Shown here piece by piece: positions 1 through 9,266 of a DNA stretch of 64,000 bases. Numbering within the stretch: position 1 is the first letter of the stretch; each line of letters opens with the position of its first letter. Position numbers and translations under genes: made by a program. Below the pieces are notes generated by a model, which saw nothing but the letters and a program-made list of their open reading frames with translations, was not told where the DNA came from and made no database searches. The DNA lies in contig JBLFWM010000001.1 of NCBI GenBank assembly GCA_047611265.1, positions 82,155 to 146,154 of the forward strand, given 5' to 3'. The DNA is from Gammaproteobacteria bacterium (GTDB lineage Bacteria; Pseudomonadota; Gammaproteobacteria; GCA-002705445; GCA-002716945).

Positions 1-52
1 TGTCTTCTAAATACGTTGTATCTGAATTTATTACAACAACAGCATCAATCAT
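1..52 (-). CDS. 5' fragment of a gene running off the window edge (MIDAVVVINSDTTYLED...); by H4MPT-cluster synteny possibly orfY
   Basis: ATG (cat 50-52) overlaps the mtdB stop as TAATG and the frame is open to the edge; identity is inferred from synteny only. Confidence 0.4.
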   Translation of the reverse strand, partial: MIDAVVVINSDTTYLED

Positions 53-942
53 TAGACATTTTTTTGTGCAAACTCAAACGCTTGTTCAAAATGTAAGTAT
101 ACTGGTTTGTCACAACTATACATTAGCTTTAGACAGTCATGTTGAGATTTATATTTAATATTTCCTATCGCTAAAGCTCCTATTCCAAAACAGCCAGAGT
201 TAGAGTTTTTCATTGGAACAACATTATCCATTGCATCTATCCCGGATATTCCTGCCGGAGGTACAGCATTTACATCTGCACATATTTTTAGGTTTACTGC
301 GTTCTTGATTAACTCATCATCCATTAATTGAATGCCAGCTGCTCCAGTATTAAAAACAATATCAGCATCTATTAAGAATGATTTCTTATTAGAATCAACT
401 GCTCCTGTAACAGATTTTGAACCGTACTTCTCATTACATATCTTCGCTATACTTTCTGCTTTTTCTAAACTTCTTCCTACTAATAGCACGCTATTTCCTG
501 CTTTAGCACTAATAACAGCTGAGGCAACACCTACAGGTCCTGTTCCACCTAAAATTACTATTTTTTTACCTGTGAATTTTTCAGAAAATTTATCTTTAAG
601 AGCTTTTTCAGTTATAGCAACCATTCCTGCTGCAGTTGTAAATGCTCCACTAGGGTCAGCAAAAACAGGTACCTCAAATGGCGGAACCATATGTTTTTTC
701 GCTTCATCTATCATATCCATTGCTGTGTGTGTGTCTCTGCCACCAATAAAAATTCCTGTTCTTTTTAATGCAGATGGGGATCTTGAGAAAATTGTATCTT
801 GAACGATTCCTTGAATTTCATCCATTCCTATATTTGTATATGGGATTACAGAGTTCCAACCTGCGTCAAAAGCCATATTTGCGTCAAAAGGACTGATATT
901 ATTTTCAGGTGTTATCATATGTAATAAAAAAGGTTTTTCCAT
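52..942 (-). CDS. mtdB: NAD(P)-dependent methylene-H4MPT dehydrogenase
   Basis: SPFDANMAFDAG, QDTIFSR, TGIFIGG, ADPSGAFTTAAG, Rossmann GGTGPVG, DVNAVPPAGI, GIGALAIGNIK; next to mptG and fhc. Confidence 0.9.
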   Translation of the reverse strand: MEKPFLLHMITPENNISPFDANMAFDAGWNSVIPYTNIGMDEIQGIVQDTIFSRSPSALKRTGIFIGGRDTHTAMDMIDEAKKHMVPPFEVPVFADPSGAFTTAAGMVAITEKALKDKFSEKFTGKKIVILGGTGPVGVASAVISAKAGNSVLLVGRSLEKAESIAKICNEKYGSKSVTGAVDSNKKSFLIDADIVFNTGAAGIQLMDDELIKNAVNLKICADVNAVPPAGISGIDAMDNVVPMKNSNSGCFGIGALAIGNIKYKSQHDCLKLMYSCDKPVYLHFEQAFEFAQKNV

Positions 943-963
943 GATCAGATCTCCATTACTTGT

Positions 964-1917
964 TTATTTGTAGCTAATTTTATAACCCGAATTCCATGGG
1001 CTCGCAATTTTAAATGTTAAGTTATTATACACATTAAATTTATTTTGGATAATACTTATGAGCTCTTTAGCATGCAAGCTAGATTCAACGAATATATAGG
1101 ACATTGGGCCCCATGAGCTCTGTCCCTTTCCTAAATTATCATAATTCCCTATATATTCCATAACATTAGAGATATCAGGGCTTAAAAAAATGCCTTTCTG
1201 CTTATCCTTGTAAAATAAAGATGTGATCCTCTGGAATTCTGAAATATTTTTTGAAAAATTATCAAAATCCTTATAAATTACTGAAGGTAATATTCCTCTG
1301 AGGGCAATATGTGATAATTCAGCCTTATATTGCTTTGATAGCTTAATATTCTTGTTAAAAAACTTAACTTCTTTCTCGCCAGAGGCTCCTTGCAGCTGAT
1401 TATCATTAATAAGTATAATTTTCCATTCACTAGGAAACTTAGAGTTAAACATTGTTTCAGGTAACATATTTGCTTTTTTACAAGCATCAACAACAAACCC
1501 TCCTCTCTCAAATATTCTTATACCTGTGCCTGATCTTTCTCCTCTATCGTAAATACGAGCAATATCACTGATACTCACTTTAATGCCAAGGTGCGTTAAT
1601 ATAGATTTTCCTAAACACAAGGATAGCTGTGAACCAGATCCTAGACCTATATGGCTAGGTGGCTGACTTAATAAATTAATTTCAAAATTATTACTGATCT
1701 TGTTTAATTTCAAATATTTTAAAATTGGAGTCGTAAATTTTTTTGGCAGATTACTTGAAAAAGTTTTTGACTTTTTTATGGATAAAGAAGTTTTATATGC
1801 ATTAATTGCAAGTCCCATACTTCCATACTTATATCCATAGCTATCATCAAAACCATAAAAGCCGAGATGCAGCCTGGATGGACTAGTAATAGTTAATTCT
1901 TTTATATTCTTATTCAT
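964..1917 (-). CDS. mptG: beta-ribofuranosylaminobenzene 5'-phosphate synthase (H4MPT biosynthesis, GHMP-kinase fold)
   Basis: PSRLHLG, HIGLGSGSQL, RGERSGTG, GGFVVD, GQSSWGP; canonical position between fhcB and mtdB. Confidence 0.88.
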   Translation of the reverse strand: MNKNIKELTITSPSRLHLGFYGFDDSYGYKYGSMGLAINAYKTSLSIKKSKTFSSNLPKKFTTPILKYLKLNKISNNFEINLLSQPPSHIGLGSGSQLSLCLGKSILTHLGIKVSISDIARIYDRGERSGTGIRIFERGGFVVDACKKANMLPETMFNSKFPSEWKIILINDNQLQGASGEKEVKFFNKNIKLSKQYKAELSHIALRGILPSVIYKDFDNFSKNISEFQRITSLFYKDKQKGIFLSPDISNVMEYIGNYDNLGKGQSSWGPMSYIFVESSLHAKELISIIQNKFNVYNNLTFKIASPWNSGYKISYK

Positions 1918-2000
1918 AGTGATAGATATAGCCTATTTACGTCCATATTTTATACCTTTTATGTACAAAGTGACATGGTTATAATGTAGAATATATCCAT

Positions 2001-3245
2001 ATGACTAGCCAAAATAACATTAAAAATTTAGTATGCCCTTTCTGTTCTATACATTGCGATGATATAAGCGTAACAACGACAAATGATCAATATAAGGTTC
2101 ATCAAAAAAATACTATTTGTGCTAAAAAAATTGAATCTTATAATTTAAATAATAAAAGTCTAGTTATGCCAATGATAGGCAAAAAGGTAGTTAAACTATC
2201 AGAGGCATTGAAACAAATTTCAAATCTTATTGAAGGTCATAATGAAACACTAATTTTAAATCATGGGGTAGAATTAGCTGGATTAAGATCGATATTAAAT
2301 TTCGCATCACAACGGAACTGTATAATTGATCATGTTGGTTCTAAATTTCTATATCAAAATATTGGAGTTGTCCAAAGAACTGGATACATGGCCACCTCAT
2401 TAACTGAAACTAAAAATCGCGCTGATACTATTATTGTTTTTGGTAATGAGATTTTTAATAAAACACCAAGACTAATTGATAAAGTATTGGTTCCCAAAGA
2501 TAGCTTATGCGCTAAAGGTAAAAAGGAAATTATATTAGTTGGTGATTTCTCTGAAAAAATTGTTAAAACCATTAAAGGTAAGTGTAATATTACAAACATC
2601 AAACTAGACTTAAATCTAATTAATGATTTTTTGAAATTACTTGCTGCTAATGATTTAAAATCAATGAAAGGATTGAAAAAAAGCGAGCTTACCAAAATTA
2701 AAAATATCCTTGATAAATCAAAATACTTAGTTGCAACATGGACAGCTTCAGATTTTATAAAAACTCTTAATCCGAATAAAATAATTGCTTCTATTTGCAA
2801 ACATATTGTTGATCTTAATGTATCATCTAGAGCTGCATGCATGCCAATATCAGGTGTTCTTGCTGACGCAACATCTTCGCAAGCATTGACGTGGATGACT
2901 GGATTTCCATCTAGGATAAAACATATAGATGGAACTTTTAAACATGATCGTAATGCATTTGATAGTCAAAAATTAATAGATGAAAAAAATGTAGATGTCG
3001 TAATTCATGTTTCAACTATTAATTCTGAAAAGTTACAGATTAATAAAAATATTACGAATATAGTGTTAGGACATCCAAATACAAGTTTTACCTCAACACC
3101 CGATATTTTTATACCCGTAGGTATACCTGGAATTGACTATGAAGGAATAATGTTTAGAACTGACAACGTGGTCTCTGTCGCATTAAAAAATATTAGAGAC
3201 ATTAAACTGCCATCTGCACAAAATATATTAGATAACTTAGCATAG
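2001..3245 (+). CDS. fhcB: formyltransferase/hydrolase complex subunit B (FwdB-like)
   Basis: N-terminal CPFCSIHCDD, KNRAD, WMTGFP, IPVGIPGID, FRTDNVV; first gene of fhcBADC. Confidence 0.85.
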   Translation: MTSQNNIKNLVCPFCSIHCDDISVTTTNDQYKVHQKNTICAKKIESYNLNNKSLVMPMIGKKVVKLSEALKQISNLIEGHNETLILNHGVELAGLRSILNFASQRNCIIDHVGSKFLYQNIGVVQRTGYMATSLTETKNRADTIIVFGNEIFNKTPRLIDKVLVPKDSLCAKGKKEIILVGDFSEKIVKTIKGKCNITNIKLDLNLINDFLKLLAANDLKSMKGLKKSELTKIKNILDKSKYLVATWTASDFIKTLNPNKIIASICKHIVDLNVSSRAACMPISGVLADATSSQALTWMTGFPSRIKHIDGTFKHDRNAFDSQKLIDEKNVDVVIHVSTINSEKLQINKNITNIVLGHPNTSFTSTPDIFIPVGIPGIDYEGIMFRTDNVVSVALKNIRDIKLPSAQNILDNLA

Positions 3246-3254
3246 GAAAAAATT

Positions 3255-4913
3255 TTGATTACACAATTAAAATCTGGAAATATATACGACCCTCATAATA
3301 AAATATGTAATTTAAAAAATGATGTTTTTATTCAAGATGGAAAAATTATTGATAAAAAAGATGTGAAGTCTAAGGTTGATAAAGTTATAAATTGCTCAGA
3401 TAAAATAATAATGCCGGGAGCTATCGACCTTCATACTCATATTGGTGGTGGGAAAGTTAATATTGCAAGACTAATGTTAGAAGAATTTCATAACGAAAAA
3501 GAACCCGGGTATGACTCTTCGGCTATTATTGCTCCATCTACTCTTAAAACTGGATTAAAATACATAGAAATGGGTTATACAACTTGTTTGGAGCCGGCTC
3601 TATTACCTATAAATGCAAGGCAAGCTCATGCAGAAATGTCAGATATTCCATTTATCGATAAAGGTGGTTATGCTTTATTAGGGAATGATGATTACTTCTT
3701 AGATTTGCTAAGGAAAAAATCTAGCCAATCAACAATAAATGATTATGTTGCTTTTATTTTAAGCGCAACACAATCCTTGGGGATAAAAGTTGTAAACCCA
3801 GGTGGTATTAATGCATTCAAATTTAATCAAAGAGCTCTAAATGTTGATGAGAAATCTAAATATTACGGTATAACGCCAAGAGAAATAGTGGAGAAACTCA
3901 CAAGAGCAATATATGACTTAGGGGTCCCTCATCCATTACATGTACATTGTAGTAATTTAGGTATTCCTGGTAATTTTCTATCAACAATAGAAACTATAAA
4001 AGCTGCGAATGGATTACCAATCCACTTAACTCATATACAATTTCAAAGTTATGGTAATAATGGAGATAAGGGGTTTTCTTCAGCGGCAGTAGAAATTTCG
4101 AACTATTTAAATAAAATAGAGAACCTGACTTGTGACGTAGGGCAGATAATGTTTGGGCAAACTGTAACCATGTCTGGCGACAGTATGTCTCAATATAGAA
4201 ATCATCATCATGCTCATCCAAATAAATGGATGTGTATGGACATAGAGTGTGACGCAGGATGCGGCGTGGTTCCCTTTAAATATAAAGATAAAAGTTTTGT
4301 GAATGCCCTTCAATGGGCTATAGGTTTAGAAATATTTTTATTAGCTGAAGATCCTTGGAAAGTTTTTTTAACTACAGATCATCCTAATGGAGCACCATTT
4401 ACTTCGTACCCTCATTTAATTAAATTATTAATGGATAAAACTTTTCGTAATGATATTTTAAGTCAACTACCAAAAGAAATTCTTAACCATACTATTCTTC
4501 ATACCCTTAGCAGAGAATATACGTTAAATGAAATTGCTATCATGACAAGGTCAGCACCTGCAAAGATTTTAGGATTAAAAGAAAAGGGTAATCTATCAGC
4601 AGGATCTGATGCAGACATAACTGTTTATGATAGAAATAAAAAAGATATAGAAGAAATGTTTACACACCCATCACTAGTTATTAAGGATGGAAAAGTAGTG
4701 GTAGAAAATGGAAAAATAAAGGAATATGTTTGGGGTAAAACTCATACCGTTAAACCAGAATATGATAGGTCAATAGAAAAAGATTTAGGAAAATTTTTTG
4801 AGAAATATCATACAATGAAGTTAGATAATTATATATTAAGTGATGATGAGATGAATAGACTTATAGGTAGTCCTGTTTATGTGAATGATTGTAAATACAA
4901 AAGGAAACAATGA
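3255..4913 (+). CDS. fhcA: formyltransferase/hydrolase complex subunit A (amidohydrolase)
   Basis: PGAIDLHTHIGGGKVN, KVVNPGG, HPLHVHCSNLG, HLTHIQF, LTTDHPNG; TTG start. Confidence 0.93.
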   Translation: MITQLKSGNIYDPHNKICNLKNDVFIQDGKIIDKKDVKSKVDKVINCSDKIIMPGAIDLHTHIGGGKVNIARLMLEEFHNEKEPGYDSSAIIAPSTLKTGLKYIEMGYTTCLEPALLPINARQAHAEMSDIPFIDKGGYALLGNDDYFLDLLRKKSSQSTINDYVAFILSATQSLGIKVVNPGGINAFKFNQRALNVDEKSKYYGITPREIVEKLTRAIYDLGVPHPLHVHCSNLGIPGNFLSTIETIKAANGLPIHLTHIQFQSYGNNGDKGFSSAAVEISNYLNKIENLTCDVGQIMFGQTVTMSGDSMSQYRNHHHAHPNKWMCMDIECDAGCGVVPFKYKDKSFVNALQWAIGLEIFLLAEDPWKVFLTTDHPNGAPFTSYPHLIKLLMDKTFRNDILSQLPKEILNHTILHTLSREYTLNEIAIMTRSAPAKILGLKEKGNLSAGSDADITVYDRNKKDIEEMFTHPSLVIKDGKVVVENGKIKEYVWGKTHTVKPEYDRSIEKDLGKFFEKYHTMKLDNYILSDDEMNRLIGSPVYVNDCKYKRKQ

Positions 4914-5806
4914 TTTATAACGGTATAAAAATAGATAATACGTTTGCCGAGGCTTTTAATATGAAAGCTAGTCGTATAATCGTAACAGCAGATAATTTAA
5001 AATGGGCAAAACATGCCTGTGATTCTTTCACTGGGTTTGCTACATCTGTGATTGCTTGCGGTATAGAAGCTGGTATAGAAAAAAAATTAAAATCATCAGA
5101 AACACCTGATAATAGGCCCGGCTACTCAATCTTGTTATTTTCAATGTCTAGAAGCCAGCTAGAAAAACAGTTAGAGGTCAGGGTTGGCCAATGCATTCTT
5201 ACCTGTCCAACAACAGCTATATTTTCTGGCATGGTTGGAGAAGATATAATCCCATTAGGTAAAAATTTAAGATATTTTGGTGATGGCCATCAAACATCAA
5301 AAAAAATATTAGATAGAAGGTTCTGGCGTATACCAGTTATGGATGGAGAGTTTCTTTGCGAAGAATCAACTGCCCGTGTACCAGCTATAGGTGGTGGTAA
5401 TTTTTTAGTATTAAGCACTAACAGGAAATCATGCTTGTCTGCCTGCGAGACAGCAATAAATTCAATTAAGAATCAGCCTAATATCATAACTCCTTTTCCT
5501 GGTGGTGTCGTAAGGTCTGGATCAAAAGTTGGTTCAAAATATAAAGCCTTAATAGCATCTACTAATGATGCTTTTTGCCCAACATTAAAGAGTGTCACAA
5601 AAAGTACTCTGCCATCTAATGTGAATTGTGTGCTGGAAATAGTTATTAATGGCTTAACATTTGATGATATTAATGAGGCAATCAAAACTTGTATAAAAAG
5701 TATTTCTAAGATGAAAATAAAAAAAGATATAGTTGCTATATCCGCGGGAAACTATGGTGGAAAACTAGGGCAATACCATTTCCATTTAAGGAAAGTGATG
5801 AAATGA
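4910..5806 (+). CDS. fhcD: formylmethanofuran:H4MPT formyltransferase
   Basis: DNTFAEAF, TGFATSVIAC, RVGQCILTCPT, WRIPVMDGEF, PFPGGVVRSGSKVGS, SAGNYGGKLG. Confidence 0.93.
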   Translation: MIYNGIKIDNTFAEAFNMKASRIIVTADNLKWAKHACDSFTGFATSVIACGIEAGIEKKLKSSETPDNRPGYSILLFSMSRSQLEKQLEVRVGQCILTCPTTAIFSGMVGEDIIPLGKNLRYFGDGHQTSKKILDRRFWRIPVMDGEFLCEESTARVPAIGGGNFLVLSTNRKSCLSACETAINSIKNQPNIITPFPGGVVRSGSKVGSKYKALIASTNDAFCPTLKSVTKSTLPSNVNCVLEIVINGLTFDDINEAIKTCIKSISKMKIKKDIVAISAGNYGGKLGQYHFHLRKVMK

Positions 5807-6600
5807 ACCCAGTAATACTAAAGCTAAAGAAGAAAATAAAGTATAGGATGGATATGTCATTCTTATCTAAACCCCATAAAGATATATCTAAGCTTTCATC
5901 TCAAACCATATCTTATGGGAATAAGCAGTTTAAAATTAAAGAACTTTTTACTATAAAGGGCAGTGATATAAAAAATATTATTATCCAATCTTCAGTTGAT
6001 TTAATGGATAATATTGGTAAAGAATTAAATAATATTAATATTACCGTGCATGGAAACGTTGGTTATGCATTTGGTGAACAAATGCTTTCTGGAAAACTTA
6101 TATTACATGGTAATGCACTAGACTATGCAGCGTCTGGAATCAAAGGAGGCTCTATATTTATACATGGAAATTCTGGTGACTATACAGGTGGAAAAACTAA
6201 TCATGGGAATATTGGCATAGTCGATGGTTTCTTGTATGTGAAAGGAAATGTTGGAAATAATTCTATTGAGAGAATGCGAAGAGGCAATGTAATTATAGAA
6301 GGCAATATAGGTGATTATGCTTGCAATGATATGATATCGGGAACTATCATCATAAAAGGCAAGATAGGTAAATTTTTTGCTGAAGGAATAAAGCGTGGGA
6401 CTATTTTTACAAAAGATAAGAAAGTAACTAAAGAGTATGCTAGATCTAATGATGCTGAATATAATTTTACAAAGTTTTATTTTAAAGAAGTGTCAGATAT
6501 AATTGGTAAAAAAATATTTTTAGAAAATAAAAATTTAACAAGATACTGTGGTAATACGAATAGTAAAAATCTTTCAGAAATTTTTTTATTTAAATTATAA
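5803..6600 (+). CDS. fhcC: formyltransferase/hydrolase complex subunit C (GXGXG beta-helix)
   Basis: Repeated GN-x-G/M-x-x-G beta-helix units, ERMRRG; last gene of the fhc operon. Confidence 0.88.
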   Translation: MNPVILKLKKKIKYRMDMSFLSKPHKDISKLSSQTISYGNKQFKIKELFTIKGSDIKNIIIQSSVDLMDNIGKELNNINITVHGNVGYAFGEQMLSGKLILHGNALDYAASGIKGGSIFIHGNSGDYTGGKTNHGNIGIVDGFLYVKGNVGNNSIERMRRGNVIIEGNIGDYACNDMISGTIIIKGKIGKFFAEGIKRGTIFTKDKKVTKEYARSNDAEYNFTKFYFKEVSDIIGKKIFLENKNLTRYCGNTNSKNLSEIFLFKL

Positions 6601-6604
6601 AATA

Positions 6605-7126
6605 TTATTTTCCAAAGTGCTCATCGATGAGTTTAACGAAAAATAATTCCATTTCCGGAGAAGAAAAGTCTCTTTTCCCTACTGCTCTATATAACATTTT
6701 ACCATCTGGACTAATTAAGAATGTTGTTGGTAATCCAGGCACTCCCCAATCATACTCTAGATCCATATCAATAAAAATTGGAAAAGAAACAGGGCTTATA
6801 TTTAAATAATTTTTAATATTTTCAGGTCCTGGCCCAACATGAATCCCTATGACGGTAAACTTTTCACTATTAAGCCTTTTATGAATAGCTTCCAAGGTAG
6901 GCATTTCAGCTTTACAAGGATTACACCAAGTGGCCCAAAAATTCACCAACAAAAATTTTCCTTCTAAACTTTTTAACGTATGAATTTTTTCATCCATACC
7001 TATTAAACTAAATTCTGGAGCTCTTTTGTGACTAGGCATAGGGTCCATTAAATAACCGGATGCGTTTAAATTATATGTAAAAAAAAGTGTAGGTAATAAA
7101 ACAAATATTGATAGTAATTTTTTCAT
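6605..7126 (-). CDS. TlpA/ResA-family exported thioredoxin-like disulfide reductase
   Basis: Signal peptide, APEFSL, LVNFWATWCNPC, GLPTTFLI. Confidence 0.85.
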   Translation of the reverse strand: MKKLLSIFVLLPTLFFTYNLNASGYLMDPMPSHKRAPEFSLIGMDEKIHTLKSLEGKFLLVNFWATWCNPCKAEMPTLEAIHKRLNSEKFTVIGIHVGPGPENIKNYLNISPVSFPIFIDMDLEYDWGVPGLPTTFLISPDGKMLYRAVGKRDFSSPEMELFFVKLIDEHFGK

Positions 7127-7132
7127 ATAATT

Positions 7133-9112
7133 CTAATACTTTGGTTTATTTTCATGGAACCAGTTTGGATCTTGTAGTGATATCTCACCAATAGGCGCGG
7201 CCTTGGCATCCAATATAAGTTCATTGACATTTGAGCCCGTTAAAGTTTTGAGAAACTCAACTATATTCTCAACTTCATTTTCCGATAAACTCAGTGGGAA
7301 CATTAATGGGCTTATATTATCATTTTTCATCTTACCAGATGTTTTGATACCACCCTTATTATAAAACTCAACAACCTCTTTCAATGTCTGTAATGATCCA
7401 TTATGCATATAAGGAGCTGTTATCTCAACATTACGTAAACCTGAAGTTCTGAATTTCCATCTATCGTTAGGATCTTGAGTTACAGTATATAACCCTAAAT
7501 CATTTGGCGCTATTTCATCTTTAAAGGCAACGTTATTCCTATAAGAAGATGTATCGATCTCAATAGTTAGTCCTGGCACCAAAGTTAATTGTTTTGTTGG
7601 TGGCTCAACATGCATAGATGCTTTAAAGCCAATGCCCGTATTATGTAATTTTTCATCAGTAAATAGAGTGGAATCCTCTCCTACTAAGTGACATGTTACA
7701 CAAGCTCCTTTTCCAGAAAATAATTTAAAACCTTCTTTAGCCTTGTTAGAGATAGCATTTCTTTCACCGCCATAATACCAACGGTCAAATGCAGAATTGC
7801 CGCTTAATAATGTATACTCATATGCTGAAAAAGCTTTGCTGATGGTATCTATTGACGGACCTGTTCCATAAGCCTCTTCGAATAGATTTTCATAATCAGG
7901 AATATTTCTTATTTTATTGATTAAATAACCTGGGGATGGGTTTGCCATTTCATTATGACTTAAAAGTGGGCCCCAAACCTGGTTCTCCAAAGAATGTTCT
8001 CTGCCATCATGAAAGAGACGGCTTAGCAAAGCTGTGTTTAATATTGATGGGGAATTTCTAGGAACAGACCTTCCTTCTGTACCCACGGCTGTTGCCAATT
8101 CATTGTGAGCAAAACCCATTTCAGGTACATGGCATATTGCACATGAGATTGTATCTGTATGAGATAGCCTTCTGTCGTAAAACATTTTTCTTCCCAAGGC
8201 AATTTTCTCTCTAGTTAGGTCAGTACCCTTTGTCATATTTAATTCAGGTAACCCTAGTATCTGAGAATTAGCAATTGCATATAAGTTGGTTGCCTGGCCT
8301 ACTCTTTCTAAAGTCTGCGAATCTGTTACATAGTCACCACTCTCATATCCTTTTTTTGAGTCACCTGGTCTTGCAAGAGATGATCCAGCTGGGACAACAT
8401 TTTGAGTAGAAGCAACTACCACTGTTCCGTTTTGAGATTCAGGATGTAAAAGTGTTTTTATATCATTTATCAAAACATCAGAATGTAAAAAAGAAACACT
8501 ATAAATACTTCTTATTTTCTTATCTTTATCAATCAGGAATACTCTGAGGATATGTGATATAGAACCAATATAATTTCCTTTCTCATCATATTCTTTGATG
8601 ATGCGCTGGCTATATTTATCTAATATAGGATCAAGGTCTTTAATTGAATTAGTGGTTAAGAATTTCCAGTCTACAGAACCAGAGTCAGTACCATCACCAT
8701 ATAATTTCATCACATCAGGCGAATCATTTTCAGGATCAAAACTTAGACTTATCATGCTCACTTGTTTGCCAATAACAGGGTCCTTATCAAGTATATTTTT
8801 AATTTTATGAAATACTGCTGTTGCCAGTGGGCATCCATTTATATCAGCACATGTGCTGTACATAAAATTTAACAATACTATCTTATCATCGTATATATCG
8901 TGAAGAGACTTATTGAGGCCATCAGCATCTATTACATTGCCATTAGAAGCCGGCTTATAGCTTGCTAGAGTGTATGAACCTGGAACTGGTGCATCAAACG
9001 TAAGTTGATTATAACCTGGCGCTAATACCGTAGATGTATAACTATCTTCTTGCGCATAACTAGGGTTTAAAAACACTACTAAAAGTAGTAAATATATCCG
9101 TGATTTCTTCAT
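7133..9112 (-). CDS. SCO/SenC domain fused to a MauG-like di-heme cytochrome c peroxidase; likely MtoX maturation factor
   Basis: Signal peptide; SCO-like half (YSTCADINGCP, SLSFDPENDSP, ISHILRVFLID); CcP/MauG half with CAICH and CVTCH, LGRKMFYDRRLS, FHDGR, TAPYMHNGS; directly downstream of mtoX. Confidence 0.85.
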   Translation of the reverse strand: MKKSRIYLLLLVVFLNPSYAQEDSYTSTVLAPGYNQLTFDAPVPGSYTLASYKPASNGNVIDADGLNKSLHDIYDDKIVLLNFMYSTCADINGCPLATAVFHKIKNILDKDPVIGKQVSMISLSFDPENDSPDVMKLYGDGTDSGSVDWKFLTTNSIKDLDPILDKYSQRIIKEYDEKGNYIGSISHILRVFLIDKDKKIRSIYSVSFLHSDVLINDIKTLLHPESQNGTVVVASTQNVVPAGSSLARPGDSKKGYESGDYVTDSQTLERVGQATNLYAIANSQILGLPELNMTKGTDLTREKIALGRKMFYDRRLSHTDTISCAICHVPEMGFAHNELATAVGTEGRSVPRNSPSILNTALLSRLFHDGREHSLENQVWGPLLSHNEMANPSPGYLINKIRNIPDYENLFEEAYGTGPSIDTISKAFSAYEYTLLSGNSAFDRWYYGGERNAISNKAKEGFKLFSGKGACVTCHLVGEDSTLFTDEKLHNTGIGFKASMHVEPPTKQLTLVPGLTIEIDTSSYRNNVAFKDEIAPNDLGLYTVTQDPNDRWKFRTSGLRNVEITAPYMHNGSLQTLKEVVEFYNKGGIKTSGKMKNDNISPLMFPLSLSENEVENIVEFLKTLTGSNVNELILDAKAAPIGEISLQDPNWFHENKPKY

Positions 9113-9167
9113 ATCAAAATCATACCATAAATGTATGTTATGTAAAATTTTAGAATTTTATATACAC

Positions 9168-9201
9168 AAAAAAAAAGGCCGCTTACCTGAGTAAGCGACC
9201 T
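9168..9201 (-). terminator. intrinsic terminator after mtoX
   Basis: Minus strand AGGTCGCTTAC-TCAG-GTAAGCGGCCT followed by a T run. Confidence 0.85.
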
Positions 9202-9266
9202 AAAAGTTTACAGCCATTTTACGTTATTTACCACCAATGAGGGTGTCTAATAACTATGACAATAAT

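Noticed and set aside
332-802. Antisense or alternative-frame ORFs in the track (also 2354-2842, 18142-18474, 24345-24686, 43077-43490 and others)
   Set aside because: They overlap well-supported genes and lack recognisable motifs
2001-6600. Methanogen-type formylmethanofuran dehydrogenase or methanogenesis
   Set aside because: The BADC order with mptG and mtdB is the bacterial Fhc arrangement, and the rest of the window is from an aerobic Gram-negative bacterium
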